24,000 nucleotides of DNA, from positions 12,609 to 36,608 of the forward strand of contig NZ_CAJYMB010000096.1 in NCBI RefSeq assembly GCF_913775985.1. The letters are read 5' to 3'. Both the position numbers and the translations under genes were made by a program. The notes under the pieces are model-generated. The model saw only the letters and a program-made list of their open reading frames with translations, did no database searches and was not told where the DNA came from. The DNA comes from an uncultured Pluralibacter sp. Lineage in GTDB: Bacteria > Pseudomonadota > Gammaproteobacteria > Enterobacterales > Enterobacteriaceae. This document shows, piece after piece, positions 15,557-23,531 of this stretch (its first letter is position 1; the number at the start of each line of letters is the position of its first letter).

Positions 15557-16713
15557 GACTTCCGGTCCAGGCCTGCCAGGCAGGGGGAAACAAAGAGTTT
15601 CCCGCTCCATGCCCCGCGCACCGTCTTCACAGCGACAAGCAGCCACATGGCGGCCAGCATGACGACAAGAAGCGCGCCGAAGCCTTTAAAGAACGCCAGG
15701 TCAACGAGGGTGGACAGCTTCAGCGTGGCGACGGTGTACACGCCCAGCGGGAAGGTAAAGCCCCACCATCCCAGGTTGAACGGAATGCCTTCACGAAAGT
15801 ATCGCACGGTTATCAGCGTGGCCAGCAGCATCCACCACAGGCCGCAGCCCCAGAAGAGAATGCCGGCAACGAACCCCACGCCCTGCGCGATGTGAGCGAT
15901 TTCCGGCATGCCCGCCGCGGCAAACACCCCGGGCGCATCGCCGCCGATGACCAGCATACCGAGCGAACCGGTGCCAATCGGCCCCAGGGCCAGCCAGCTT
16001 GAGGCTGCCATGCTTTCGTGCGGCAGCTTGTGCAGGGCCATACGCAGCAGCAGGATGGCAAGGATGCTCAGCGCCACCGGTACGGAGTAAGCCCACAGCA
16101 CGTAGCTGGTAATAATGATGCCGAGCTGCGCGTGGGTGTCGGCAATGTGCGGCGCCAGCAGGCCGCCGCTGACCGCTGCGACCTCGGCAGCCACAACCGG
16201 CAGTAACCAGACGGCCGTCATCTGGTCAATGCTGTGCTGCTGCCGGGTAAACATCATGTAAGGAATACACACGCCGCACAGCAGCGACATCGCCACGTCC
16301 AGCCACCACAGGGCGTGCGCCACCGGAATGACGTCTGCGCCCCACCGGGGAAGACCGAACGCCAGCAGGCCGTTGATGATGGTCGCCATGCCCATCGGGA
16401 TGGTGCCGAAGAACATGGACACGGTTGAATGGCCGAAGATGCGCTTTGCCTCACCGAAGTACATGACCCAGCGGGCCAGATACATCACGGCAAAAACGCT
16501 GAACAGCAGGATGTTAAACATCCACAGCCCTTCCGCGACGAGGCGCAATCCCGGAACCGGCCAGGGGAACTGCGCCAGAGACAGCGACAGGATACCGGTT
16601 CCCATGGTGGCGGCGAACCAGTTTGGCGTGAACTGACGTATGGCCTCTTTCGGGCTGCTCAGCGCGCTCAGCGGGCGTGCTCCGTTATGCAGGGTAAATA
16701 TTTTATCGTTCAT
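15553..16713 (-). CDS. TDT-family (TehA/Mae1/SLAC1-like) anion transporter
   Basis: 386 aa with about 10 TM helices. The N-terminal FTPNWFAATMGTGILS motif is characteristic of C4-dicarboxylate/tellurite-resistance (PF03595-type) transporters. Confidence 0.7.
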   Translation of the reverse strand: MNDKIFTLHNGARPLSALSSPKEAIRQFTPNWFAATMGTGILSLSLAQFPWPVPGLRLVAEGLWMFNILLFSVFAVMYLARWVMYFGEAKRIFGHSTVSMFFGTIPMGMATIINGLLAFGLPRWGADVIPVAHALWWLDVAMSLLCGVCIPYMMFTRQQHSIDQMTAVWLLPVVAAEVAAVSGGLLAPHIADTHAQLGIIITSYVLWAYSVPVALSILAILLLRMALHKLPHESMAASSWLALGPIGTGSLGMLVIGGDAPGVFAAAGMPEIAHIAQGVGFVAGILFWGCGLWWMLLATLITVRYFREGIPFNLGWWGFTFPLGVYTVATLKLSTLVDLAFFKGFGALLVVMLAAMWLLVAVKTVRGAWSGKLFVSPCLAGLDRKS

Positions 16714-16811
16714 GCCGGGATCTCCTGTGTAAACAGAAACAGTATAGGCATGCAGACGTAAATCTTTAAAACAGGTTATTCAGCTAAAATAAATCTGTAA
16801 AAGTGGTTTAT

Positions 16812-16858
16812 CCTCCCTCACCCTGCGAAAGACTGTTACTGCACCGGAGTGAGGGAGG
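16812..16858 (-). terminator. Stem-loop after the beta-propeller gene
   Basis: CCTCCCTCAC (16812-16821) pairs with GTGAGGGAGG (16849-16858), a 10-bp GC-rich stem with a long 27-nt loop. It lies 8 nt downstream of the stop. The U-tract is weak. Confidence 0.4.
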
Positions 16859-16865
16859 GACTGAA

Positions 16866-17867
16866 TCAGGCCTTCGGCGGGCTTTTAATCGTGGCCGTGA
16901 CGCGGTTCTGTTTCAGGTCAACCACCGAAATACTGAGGTCTTTATTCAGCACCCACGCGCGGGCACTGTCTTTACTGAAAACGATGGCCTGACGGGGCGC
17001 ATCCAGTCCGGTAACAGTGGCGACCACCTTACCGGCGGCGGTATCAATAACGGAGAGGCTGTTGTCACCCAGGTTGCCGCTGTAAACATAGCGGTTATCC
17101 GGTGTCAGGGCGGCACCGTAAGGGTCCTGCCCCACGGGAATGGTTGCCGTAATGGCGCGCTTCTGCGTGTCAACCACTGCGATGGTGTTGCTCCCGCTGT
17201 TAGCCGCGTAAAGCGTGCGGCCGTCGGCGCTGACAGAAATGGCGCGCAGCTTGCTGAAGCCGGTTATCTCGCCGCGAATCTCACCCGTTACGGCGTCAAC
17301 GAGGGTGATTTTATCGCCCTTAAAGTTGGTGACGTAGACGGTTTTGCCGTCCGGGCTGATTTTGATGCCCTGACGGGGCTGAGCAAAACCCGTCACAACC
17401 GAAACGGGCCGGTTGTGGGTCAGGTCATACACCGAGAGTGTGCTGGCGGCTTCGTTATTCACATACAGACGCTGACCGTCACGGCTGATGGCTGTACCGA
17501 ATGCCCCGGCCCCCAGCGGCAGCGTGGTCTCCACGTCAAGCGTCCCGGTGCTGATTTTTCTGACCACGCCGAGGCTGCTGTCTGAAAGATATACAGCCTT
17601 CCCGTCGGGGGAGAAAAGCGCATTGCGGGGCGTGACGTATCCCTTCAGCACCTTTCTGACTTTGCCGTTAACCAGGTCGTAAACCACCACGTCAGGGAGC
17701 TCACTGTAGGAGGCCACCGCCGTTTTTTCATCGGGACTGACAGCAAGAGAATTGTTGTGGATATCGCCGTCAAACGTCCAGCGCGCCTCTGCGGCACCGG
17801 CGAGGGTGCTGATGAGAAGAAGCGCCACCGCGGTCAGTCCCGGGATCCTGTATTTTTTTATCATCAT
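16866..17867 (-). CDS. Secreted YVTN/YncE-like seven-bladed beta-propeller protein
   Basis: Signal peptide MMIKKYRIPGLTAVALLLISTLAGAAEA, followed by repeated SPDGKxxYVxN / xxxxLSVID blades typical of YncE/lactonase-type propellers. Confidence 0.75.
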   Translation of the reverse strand: MMIKKYRIPGLTAVALLLISTLAGAAEARWTFDGDIHNNSLAVSPDEKTAVASYSELPDVVVYDLVNGKVRKVLKGYVTPRNALFSPDGKAVYLSDSSLGVVRKISTGTLDVETTLPLGAGAFGTAISRDGQRLYVNNEAASTLSVYDLTHNRPVSVVTGFAQPRQGIKISPDGKTVYVTNFKGDKITLVDAVTGEIRGEITGFSKLRAISVSADGRTLYAANSGSNTIAVVDTQKRAITATIPVGQDPYGAALTPDNRYVYSGNLGDNSLSVIDTAAGKVVATVTGLDAPRQAIVFSKDSARAWVLNKDLSISVVDLKQNRVTATIKSPPKA

Positions 17868-18094
17868 TTTTCCTGCATAGGGGGTGGTAAGGGATAAGAC
17901 TCATTGCCCGCTTAAGGGCTTCAGAAGAAGCGTGGCAGATAACCCCCTCTCAGGGAAATCGATTTTCCGGCTATGTCTTACCAGTTCACTTCTTTATGCT
18001 CTGAGCGGAGGTAAACTGCAGCAATTTAAGGCTGAATAAGTGGGGCTCTGGATTTCAGTCCATGAGGAATAGTTGCTCATTTTTTTTGTTTAAA

Positions 18095-18109
18095 TTGCAT
18101 TCCACATAA
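18095..18109 (-). repeat. Element B right terminal inverted repeat
   Basis: TTGCATTCCACATAA is the partner of 7132-7146. Confidence 0.8.
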
Positions 18110-18110
18110 A

Positions 18111-19152
18111 TGCTGATATGTCAGACAGAGTGATGACTATTTTGCAGCTTCTAACCCCGCGCGTGGAAATATACAGCATTGATGAGGCATTTTGTGATCT
18201 TCAAGGGGTGAGTAATCTGTTGTCGCTTGAAGAGTTTGGCCATCATATACGTACTCAGATTAAGCGAAGAACACATCTGACTGTGGGAGTGGGAATAGGC
18301 CCTACAAAAACGCTCGCCAAACTGGCTCAGTATGCAAGTAAGCGCTGGCCCGCAACGCGAGGTGTGGTAGATCTCAGTGACAGAGAGCGTCAGCGTAAGT
18401 TAATGGCTTTAGTGCCAGTTGAGGAGATCTGGGGTATCGGACGTAGGCTGGGTAAAAAACTACAATTTATGGGAATTAACAATGCACTTCAGCTGGCAGA
18501 GCTGTCACCTTCATTCATTCGTAAACAGTTCTCAGTAGTTGTTGAGCGCACGGTCAGAGAGCTGAACGGCACTCCTTGCCTCGGTTTAGAAGAATTTACT
18601 GCCCCAAAAGAACAAATCATATGCTCCCGATCTTTTGGAGAAAAACCGTCGGACGAAGTCAGCCTGCATCAGGCCATTTGCGCTCATGCTGAACGTGCAG
18701 CAGAAAAACTCCGTGCAGAGCATCAATTTTGTAAACGGGTAGCAGTTTTCATTAGTACCAGCCCTTTCTCAGAAAATGAGCTGTTTTATAAGAACCAGGC
18801 GGTAACAGAGCTTGCTGTACCCGCTCAGGATTCACGGGATATCATCAACGCGGCTATAAAGGCATTTGATACGATATTTGTCCCAGGGCACCGTTATCAT
18901 CGTGCTGGCGTGATGCTCACTGATTTCCGAAGCGCTGCTGTATCTCAATTGACCCTTTTTGATGACTTTCAGCCCCATCGAAACAGCGAGGAGCTGATGA
19001 CATTAATCGATAGCATTAATCACTCAGGTAAAGGTTCGGTCTGGTTTGCAGGGCAGGGCATTAAAAGTGATGCCACAGGCTGGAAGATGCGAAGAGAAAG
19101 ACTTTCGCCTGCCTTTACAACCAGGCTGGATGACATAATCAAGGTGAAGTAG
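18111..19152 (+). pseudogene. umuC: umuC fragment 3 (last base of codon 77 to stop)
   Basis: Translation gives ADMSDRVMTILQLLTPRVEIYSIDEAFCDLQGV...THLTVGVGIGPTKTLAKLA...IWGIGRR...LSPAFTTRLDDIIKVK, colinear with E. coli UmuC residues 78-422. Confidence 0.92.
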
Positions 19153-19269
19153 TTCTATTAATGTGCTTAACCGTCGACCCCGAATTATTGACTTTCATTG
19201 AACAATGCGTCAGGGTTTTACGGCCTGTTACATTGTGCAAAAGTTATTAAATTATGGAGGAAAGTGAAT

Positions 19270-19815
19270 ATGAGGAGTGTCGGACTAGCCTTAATACTAC
19301 CTGTTTTACTGACTGCCTGTAGTATGAGTGAGATAGCAGAAACAAATAAAAAAATTAGTGATGGTGCATCAGGGTTAATGGGCTCTTTAAGAGGGGATGG
19401 CTCAGATAATTCTTCTAAGGTCATGACTCCTCGTCAGTCAGAAAAAAAAGAATCCACTTCAAAAAGCTTCAAGATCCCTGTTGATGTTGATACGGCAGCG
19501 GCCAGAATAAAGCGAAAGTATAAGTTTTTATCCAACGATGAGTTAAGGTCGATCAGAGAAAGGAATAACGACGGCGAGTGGGTAGCTGGCGCAATAACTG
19601 ACAGCCATCAGGAATGGGATTCAATGCCCGGCAGCTATTATAAAATGGGCTCCGACTGGGGTGATTATGATGATCACCTTACTATTGAGCTCGAAAAAAA
19701 TGGTTCAGGGAGCCGTCTTTTTATAACATATAGCTCATCATCTCAAAAAAGACTGGCGAGTTCCGGATTGCAGGATTTAATAAAAAATATTAAAAGCTCT
19801 GCTGAAGGAAAATAA
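19270..19815 (+). CDS. Hypothetical lipoprotein
   Basis: ATG19270 follows GGAGGA. MRSVGLALILPVLLTAC carries the lipobox LLTAC. The gene is AT-rich and I recognise no family. Confidence 0.6.
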   Translation: MRSVGLALILPVLLTACSMSEIAETNKKISDGASGLMGSLRGDGSDNSSKVMTPRQSEKKESTSKSFKIPVDVDTAAARIKRKYKFLSNDELRSIRERNNDGEWVAGAITDSHQEWDSMPGSYYKMGSDWGDYDDHLTIELEKNGSGSRLFITYSSSSQKRLASSGLQDLIKNIKSSAEGK

Positions 19816-19822
19816 TATTTAT

Positions 19823-20569
19823 ATGAGTGTGGATAAGGTGCGTCCACACTCAATATTAAATGGGGGGACTATGTTTAATCTTTTATCATCTCTCAGAAAA
19901 AAGAAAGGATATCGTACTTTAGGATATAGTGACACACTGGACTATGTTGCTAACTTTGAGCATGCTTTAAAATTTACAAAAAAATTAGGATTTAACGAAG
20001 GCACGATTAAAGATATAAATGAAAGGCCGCTTAATTATGAAAATATGATGGAGTATGTGTGCTTTGCAACGGGCTTGCGAGATTTCAAATCTTCCGCAAG
20101 ACAATGTATTAAATGGTGTCATTTTTTAAAACCTTATTTTGAAGATGCTTTAGGTTGCAGAATATGGACAACTGTTGGCCAAATATGGAAAGGTGATGAA
20201 AGTATTTATGACCCATCATATGATGAGTTTGAAAGATGGTCCAGGAAGGGATTTCAGCATGAGGACTTTCTGGACAGACCAGCTTTAAATCTCCATGCGT
20301 GGTACACAACAGATACAGGGCATTTAATCGATATTTCTTATCTGAGTACTATTGCTGGTTTTTATTCTGATTGCCATGAATTTGCAGGGGAAGTGTTGAT
20401 AGGTAAGCCTGATGAAATTTTCCGTGGTCATCAGTACGTACCCATGATTGTGGGAGACAGAATAATTGAAAAAATTCAAAAAAATTCATCTATACCTTTC
20501 CTCGCTAATGATGTTGAGGAGCTTAAGTCAATTGCCATAGTGATTTATCCAGATCCTGATTATAAATAA
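19823..20569 (+). CDS. Hypothetical protein (AT-rich orphan)
   Basis: 248-aa ORF 7 nt after the lipoprotein stop, with an alternative start at ATG19871. I recognise no motifs. The coding call rests on ORF length and codon periodicity only. Confidence 0.5.
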   Translation: MSVDKVRPHSILNGGTMFNLLSSLRKKKGYRTLGYSDTLDYVANFEHALKFTKKLGFNEGTIKDINERPLNYENMMEYVCFATGLRDFKSSARQCIKWCHFLKPYFEDALGCRIWTTVGQIWKGDESIYDPSYDEFERWSRKGFQHEDFLDRPALNLHAWYTTDTGHLIDISYLSTIAGFYSDCHEFAGEVLIGKPDEIFRGHQYVPMIVGDRIIEKIQKNSSIPFLANDVEELKSIAIVIYPDPDYK

Positions 20570-20579
20570 CGCAAGATAG

Positions 20580-20608
20580 TTGACGGTTATTTGAGCCATT
20601 GCTAATAT
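20580..20608 (+). promoter_or_regulatory. Near-consensus sigma70 promoter facing a structured non-coding region
   Basis: TTGACG (20580-20585), 17-nt spacer, TAATAT (20603-20608). No ORF starts within several hundred nt downstream. Confidence 0.6.
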
Positions 20609-20655
20609 CCACTTTGCTTAGAAGTCGCTACGGCGACCATCCAAAACCCCAGTAA

Positions 20656-20793
20656 CCTGAGAGGGGTGCCTTCGGGCGGTTACCAGCTAATGCTTCAGCG
20701 GTCTGAGAGAAGCGCCTTCGGGTGACTGCCAGCTAAAGTCCCGAAAACCTGAGAGGGACGCCTTTGGGCGGGAAACCCGTTTAACCTTTGAAA
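20656..20793 (+). repeat. Three tandem 46-bp imperfect repeats, each with a CTGAGAG box and a UUYG-capped hairpin
   Basis: Units start at 20656, 20702 and 20748: CCTGAGAGGGGTGCCTTCGGGCGG..., TCTGAGAGAAGCGCCTTCGGGTGA..., CCTGAGAGGGACGCCTTTGGGCGG... The first two also share CCAGCTAA. Confidence 0.7.
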
Positions 20794-21027
20794 ACGGGAA
20801 CCATAACCTGGTCAAGGTTACCGGTTGAGAATGACCGGCTATCACATCAATGATTCACGTCTTTATGATGATGAATTGTCTACAAAGGAGCTGAATCAGG
20901 CTCTGATCTTTCACTACGTTATGATTCTTTTCAGGGATTCGCCCTGAGTTTCGTACGACTTTTGCACCGACGGATAAGGTCATTTGGTACATTTGGCCGC
21001 TTACGGCGTTGCATTAGGAGCACGAAG

Positions 21028-21080
21028 CTGCGCGGCGTCACTTGTGAAGTGGCGAAGACACTACCAAGTGACGCGCGCAG
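21028..21080. repeat. Long inverted repeat (16-bp stem, 20-nt loop)
   Basis: CTGCGCGGCGTCACTTG (21028-21044) pairs with CAAGTGACGCGCGCAG (21065-21080), with one bulged nucleotide. Confidence 0.7.
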
Positions 21081-21096
21081 CGCATAACGTCTCAAC

Positions 21097-21115
21097 CCAC
21101 GTACGACGTGGTTTT
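21097..21115 (+). terminator. Candidate intrinsic terminator
   Basis: CCACGT, loop acg, ACGTGG, followed by TTTT. Confidence 0.45.
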
Positions 21116-21498
21116 CAACGTTTTACTACCATCTGACCAACATGTAGCCCGTGTCAGTACGGTTTTAAAATCACTTTCACATCAACGTAAGCACGACGGG
21201 AGGCCGTCTGAACGTTCAACTATCAGTAAGGAGGAAATCGACTCGGTATCGATGGCGACACTACGAGCAGTAGTGTTGGAGGCAGCTTGACGTAAGTCAG
21301 CTCTGCATAAGCAGCAAACAGATCAGAGATCTGGGGTGCCTCGCAAGAACTCAACAATTCGCCGCCCCGATGCACAGATACCAGTCGAGACGCAGGAAGC
21401 GCAAAAGCAACCGTGTCGTCGGGGAATGAATTGCTGGTCTACAGATCCGTCTGCTTCTTTACAAGCAGAGGGACGTGTATGCCTTTGGAGAGAGTGAA

Positions 21499-22398
21499 AT
21501 GTCCAGATTCAGTAAACAGCTGTGCAAACAACTCGTCACGCTTGCCCGTCAGGGGCGGGGAAGTTATAAAACGGTGGCTGACCGTTCAAGAATTGCAGAA
21601 CGTTTTTCTGAACGACTGTCTGAACTGAATATTCAGATCAGGGACGTAAAACATATTAAAACTTCCCACATTGAAAAGTATATTGAGAGCAGGAAGGCAG
21701 ACAATTTGTCTCTGAGGACGTTACAGAATGAGATGTCGGCTATCCGTTCTGTTTTATTGTCAGCAGGAAGAAATAAACTGGCCGATCCCAGGTACACTAA
21801 CCTGAGTAATCAGGCGCTCGGAATTTCTGGAGCTAACCGGGATGGAACTAAACTTCCTATTACAGACGAGAAACTTAATGCCGTGGTCAGTTTTGCTCAA
21901 AGAAAAGATGAAGGCGTTGCTCTTGCTGTGCAACTTTCCCGATATCTTGGATTGAGAACAGAAGAAACCGTTCAGTCTGCAAAGTCTTTAAAGACATGGA
22001 AGCAGGCACTGATTAATAATCATGAGCGTGTCCGTGTTGTTTTCGGGACTAAAGGCGGACGTCCAAGGGAAACGACAGTTTTTAATCGCGAAAAAGTTTT
22101 ATCAATTCTTGATAAGGCAATTCATTATGTCAGTGAACATAACGGAAAACTGATTGATAAACCCTCTTTGCATACCGCTATTGATCGCTACCGTAATATT
22201 GTAAGAGAGGCAGGAATGAATGGTAAAAATGCGCCGCACAGTTTACGTTATGCTTACTCTCGCGATGCTGTGAATCACCATATTAAAAATGGAATGAGTC
22301 GTGATGAAGCTGAGGCATTAGTGTCGATGGATTTAGGGCATGGTGATGGTCGGGGACGATATATTAAACAGGTCTATTTTCGTGAGGAAACAGAATAG
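21499..22398 (+). CDS. Tyrosine-recombinase-fold 'integrase domain' protein (Integrase_1-like)
   Basis: About 299 aa from ATG21499 (GGAGAGAG upstream). Motifs are LGLRTEE (Arg), HSLRYAYS (H-x-x-R) and LGHGDGRGRYIKQVY (His...Tyr). Confidence 0.65.
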   Translation: MSRFSKQLCKQLVTLARQGRGSYKTVADRSRIAERFSERLSELNIQIRDVKHIKTSHIEKYIESRKADNLSLRTLQNEMSAIRSVLLSAGRNKLADPRYTNLSNQALGISGANRDGTKLPITDEKLNAVVSFAQRKDEGVALAVQLSRYLGLRTEETVQSAKSLKTWKQALINNHERVRVVFGTKGGRPRETTVFNREKVLSILDKAIHYVSEHNGKLIDKPSLHTAIDRYRNIVREAGMNGKNAPHSLRYAYSRDAVNHHIKNGMSRDEAEALVSMDLGHGDGRGRYIKQVYFREETE

Positions 22399-22428
22399 AC
22401 GTTTTTACACATTACTTCAGGACGTAAC

Positions 22429-22459
22429 GCCACAGCACAATCAGGGCTGTGGCTTATTT
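22429..22459 (+). terminator. Intrinsic terminator after the integrase-like gene
   Basis: GCCACAGC, 9-nt loop, GCTGTGGC, followed by TTATTT. Confidence 0.6.
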
Positions 22460-22463
22460 AAAA

Positions 22464-23081
22464 CTAATGTGAATCCTTACATGCTCTGATAACTGTCATG
22501 CGAGATACGCCAGCGAGTCTTGCTGTTTCGTTTATTGACTTTCCATTTTCCTTACGAAGCGTTCTTATTAATTCATGTTTTTCCTTGTCTGGCAGCCTTC
22601 CCCTGTATTTTCCTTTTTCCCTGGCGCTTGTAATTCCCTCCATCTGTCTTCTGCGTCGATCTTCATAATCCTTACGGGCTATTGCTGCTAACATGTCCAG
22701 CATCATATTATTCACTGCACGAAGAATACTACCGGTAAAGTCATCTGTTGATGATCTAGACAGGGCAAGATGACTTGTTGGCAGGTCAAGGCTTATTATT
22801 GAAAGTGATTTTTCATTAATCATCTTTTTCAAAGATGCCCAGCCATTATCATCCAGGCGTGAAAGCCGATCCACTTGTTCTATAAGTATCGCATCCCCTG
22901 GCTCTGTATCCTGAAGCAGTCTCATCAGCTCCGGTCGATGCAATGCTGCACCTGAAGCATTTTCAACATACCAGCCAGCTATGCGATGGTTGTGTAATTG
23001 AGCAAAGTCCTTGAGCCTCGTTTTCGCACGCAACGCATCCTGTTCCTGAGTTGAAGCACGAAGATATCCAAATATGAACAA
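22464..23081 (-). CDS. Serine recombinase (resolvase/invertase family)
   Basis: The N-terminus FGYLRASTQEQ carries the catalytic Ser, followed by LIEQVDRLSRL. The C-terminus has a helix-turn-helix (INETARLAGVSRMTVIRA). The start is TTG, preceded by GGAGGG. Confidence 0.85.
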   Translation of the reverse strand: MFIFGYLRASTQEQDALRAKTRLKDFAQLHNHRIAGWYVENASGAALHRPELMRLLQDTEPGDAILIEQVDRLSRLDDNGWASLKKMINEKSLSIISLDLPTSHLALSRSSTDDFTGSILRAVNNMMLDMLAAIARKDYEDRRRRQMEGITSAREKGKYRGRLPDKEKHELIRTLRKENGKSINETARLAGVSRMTVIRACKDSH

Positions 23082-23531
23082 AGTCCCTCCGGTAGTAACA
23101 TCAAGATAGTCACAGTTTAGTCGGTATCATTTGAATGGTAACTTAATTATATTCTGTCAATAAACTGGACAGTATTTTACAGGTATACCCTAAAGATACA
23201 GCGTGGGCTCATGCTAAAGACTTTTAAAGTTGTAGCAATTACATTTCATCACAAGACAATTCTTCATCAGCATATAGCAGACCTTCCGCGCCATATGTCT
23301 AACACCTGTGTGCTAGAAGTGGACATTGCACATCTTTATTAAGGTAGTTTAATTAATGCGCCACTGCAGTTTTGCATGACGCTCATCTAGGGAATTGAAT
23401 CCGCTACAGAGCCGGGTTCTATTCTGTTAAACTCACTGTCAAAAATTCTCAAAAAATGCAGGATAAGACATGATCTCACTGCACACCGGTAGCTGCAGGG
23501 CGGCCACATGCCAAGGGAGAGCTGTACGCAA

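Larger units (their letters stand above)
7127..18110 (+). mobile_element. Element B: about 11-kb integrative element with two tandem tyrosine recombinases (Tn554/SE-like) carrying a fluoride-resistance island
   Basis: It interrupts umuC inside codon 77. It has 15-bp terminal IRs (14/15), with the recombinase pair just inside the left end and GC-rich cargo. There is no target-site duplication, and 6 nt at the junctions are unaccounted for (GTAAG 7127-7131 and A18110). Confidence 0.8.

Noticed and set aside
10337-17585. Many long ORFs on the opposite strand of the GC-rich island (e.g. 10337-11005, 11583-12323, 12094-12675, 12898-13974, 13996-14775, 15482-15895, 16803-17585).
   Set aside because: Each lies antisense to a gene whose product is clearly recognisable (VOC, GpmA, enolase, USP, PpaC, TDT, beta-propeller). 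Their translations are Arg/Pro/Ala-rich and low in complexity, as expected for shadow ORFs in high-GC DNA.
17944-17954. The 11-mer CCTGAGAGGGG (minus strand) inside element B is identical to the start of repeat unit 1 at 20656.
   Set aside because: Similarity does not extend beyond the 11 nt and the local context differs, so I treat it as coincidence.
20656-20793. Hammerhead-ribozyme reading of CUGAGAG + hairpin, and type III (ToxI-like) antitoxin reading of the 46-nt tandem repeats.
   Set aside because: The hammerhead core needs CUGANGA...GAAA flanking stem II, and here one core nucleotide is missing and GAAA is absent. Type III antitoxin repeats are near-identical and are followed by a ToxN-like toxin gene after a terminator. 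These repeats are diverged, and no such ORF follows.
21108-21628. Small ORFs 21108-21290 (60 aa) and 21413-21628 (71 aa) in the structured region.
   Set aside because: Neither has a properly spaced RBS. The second overlaps the better-supported integrase-like ORF out of frame. The first runs through hairpin-rich sequence.
23154-23172. CTGTC-N9-GACAG palindrome upstream of the serine recombinase as a res site.
   Set aside because: It has only 5-bp arms and a single copy. A genuine res region has several sub-sites of about 28-34 bp, so support is insufficient.
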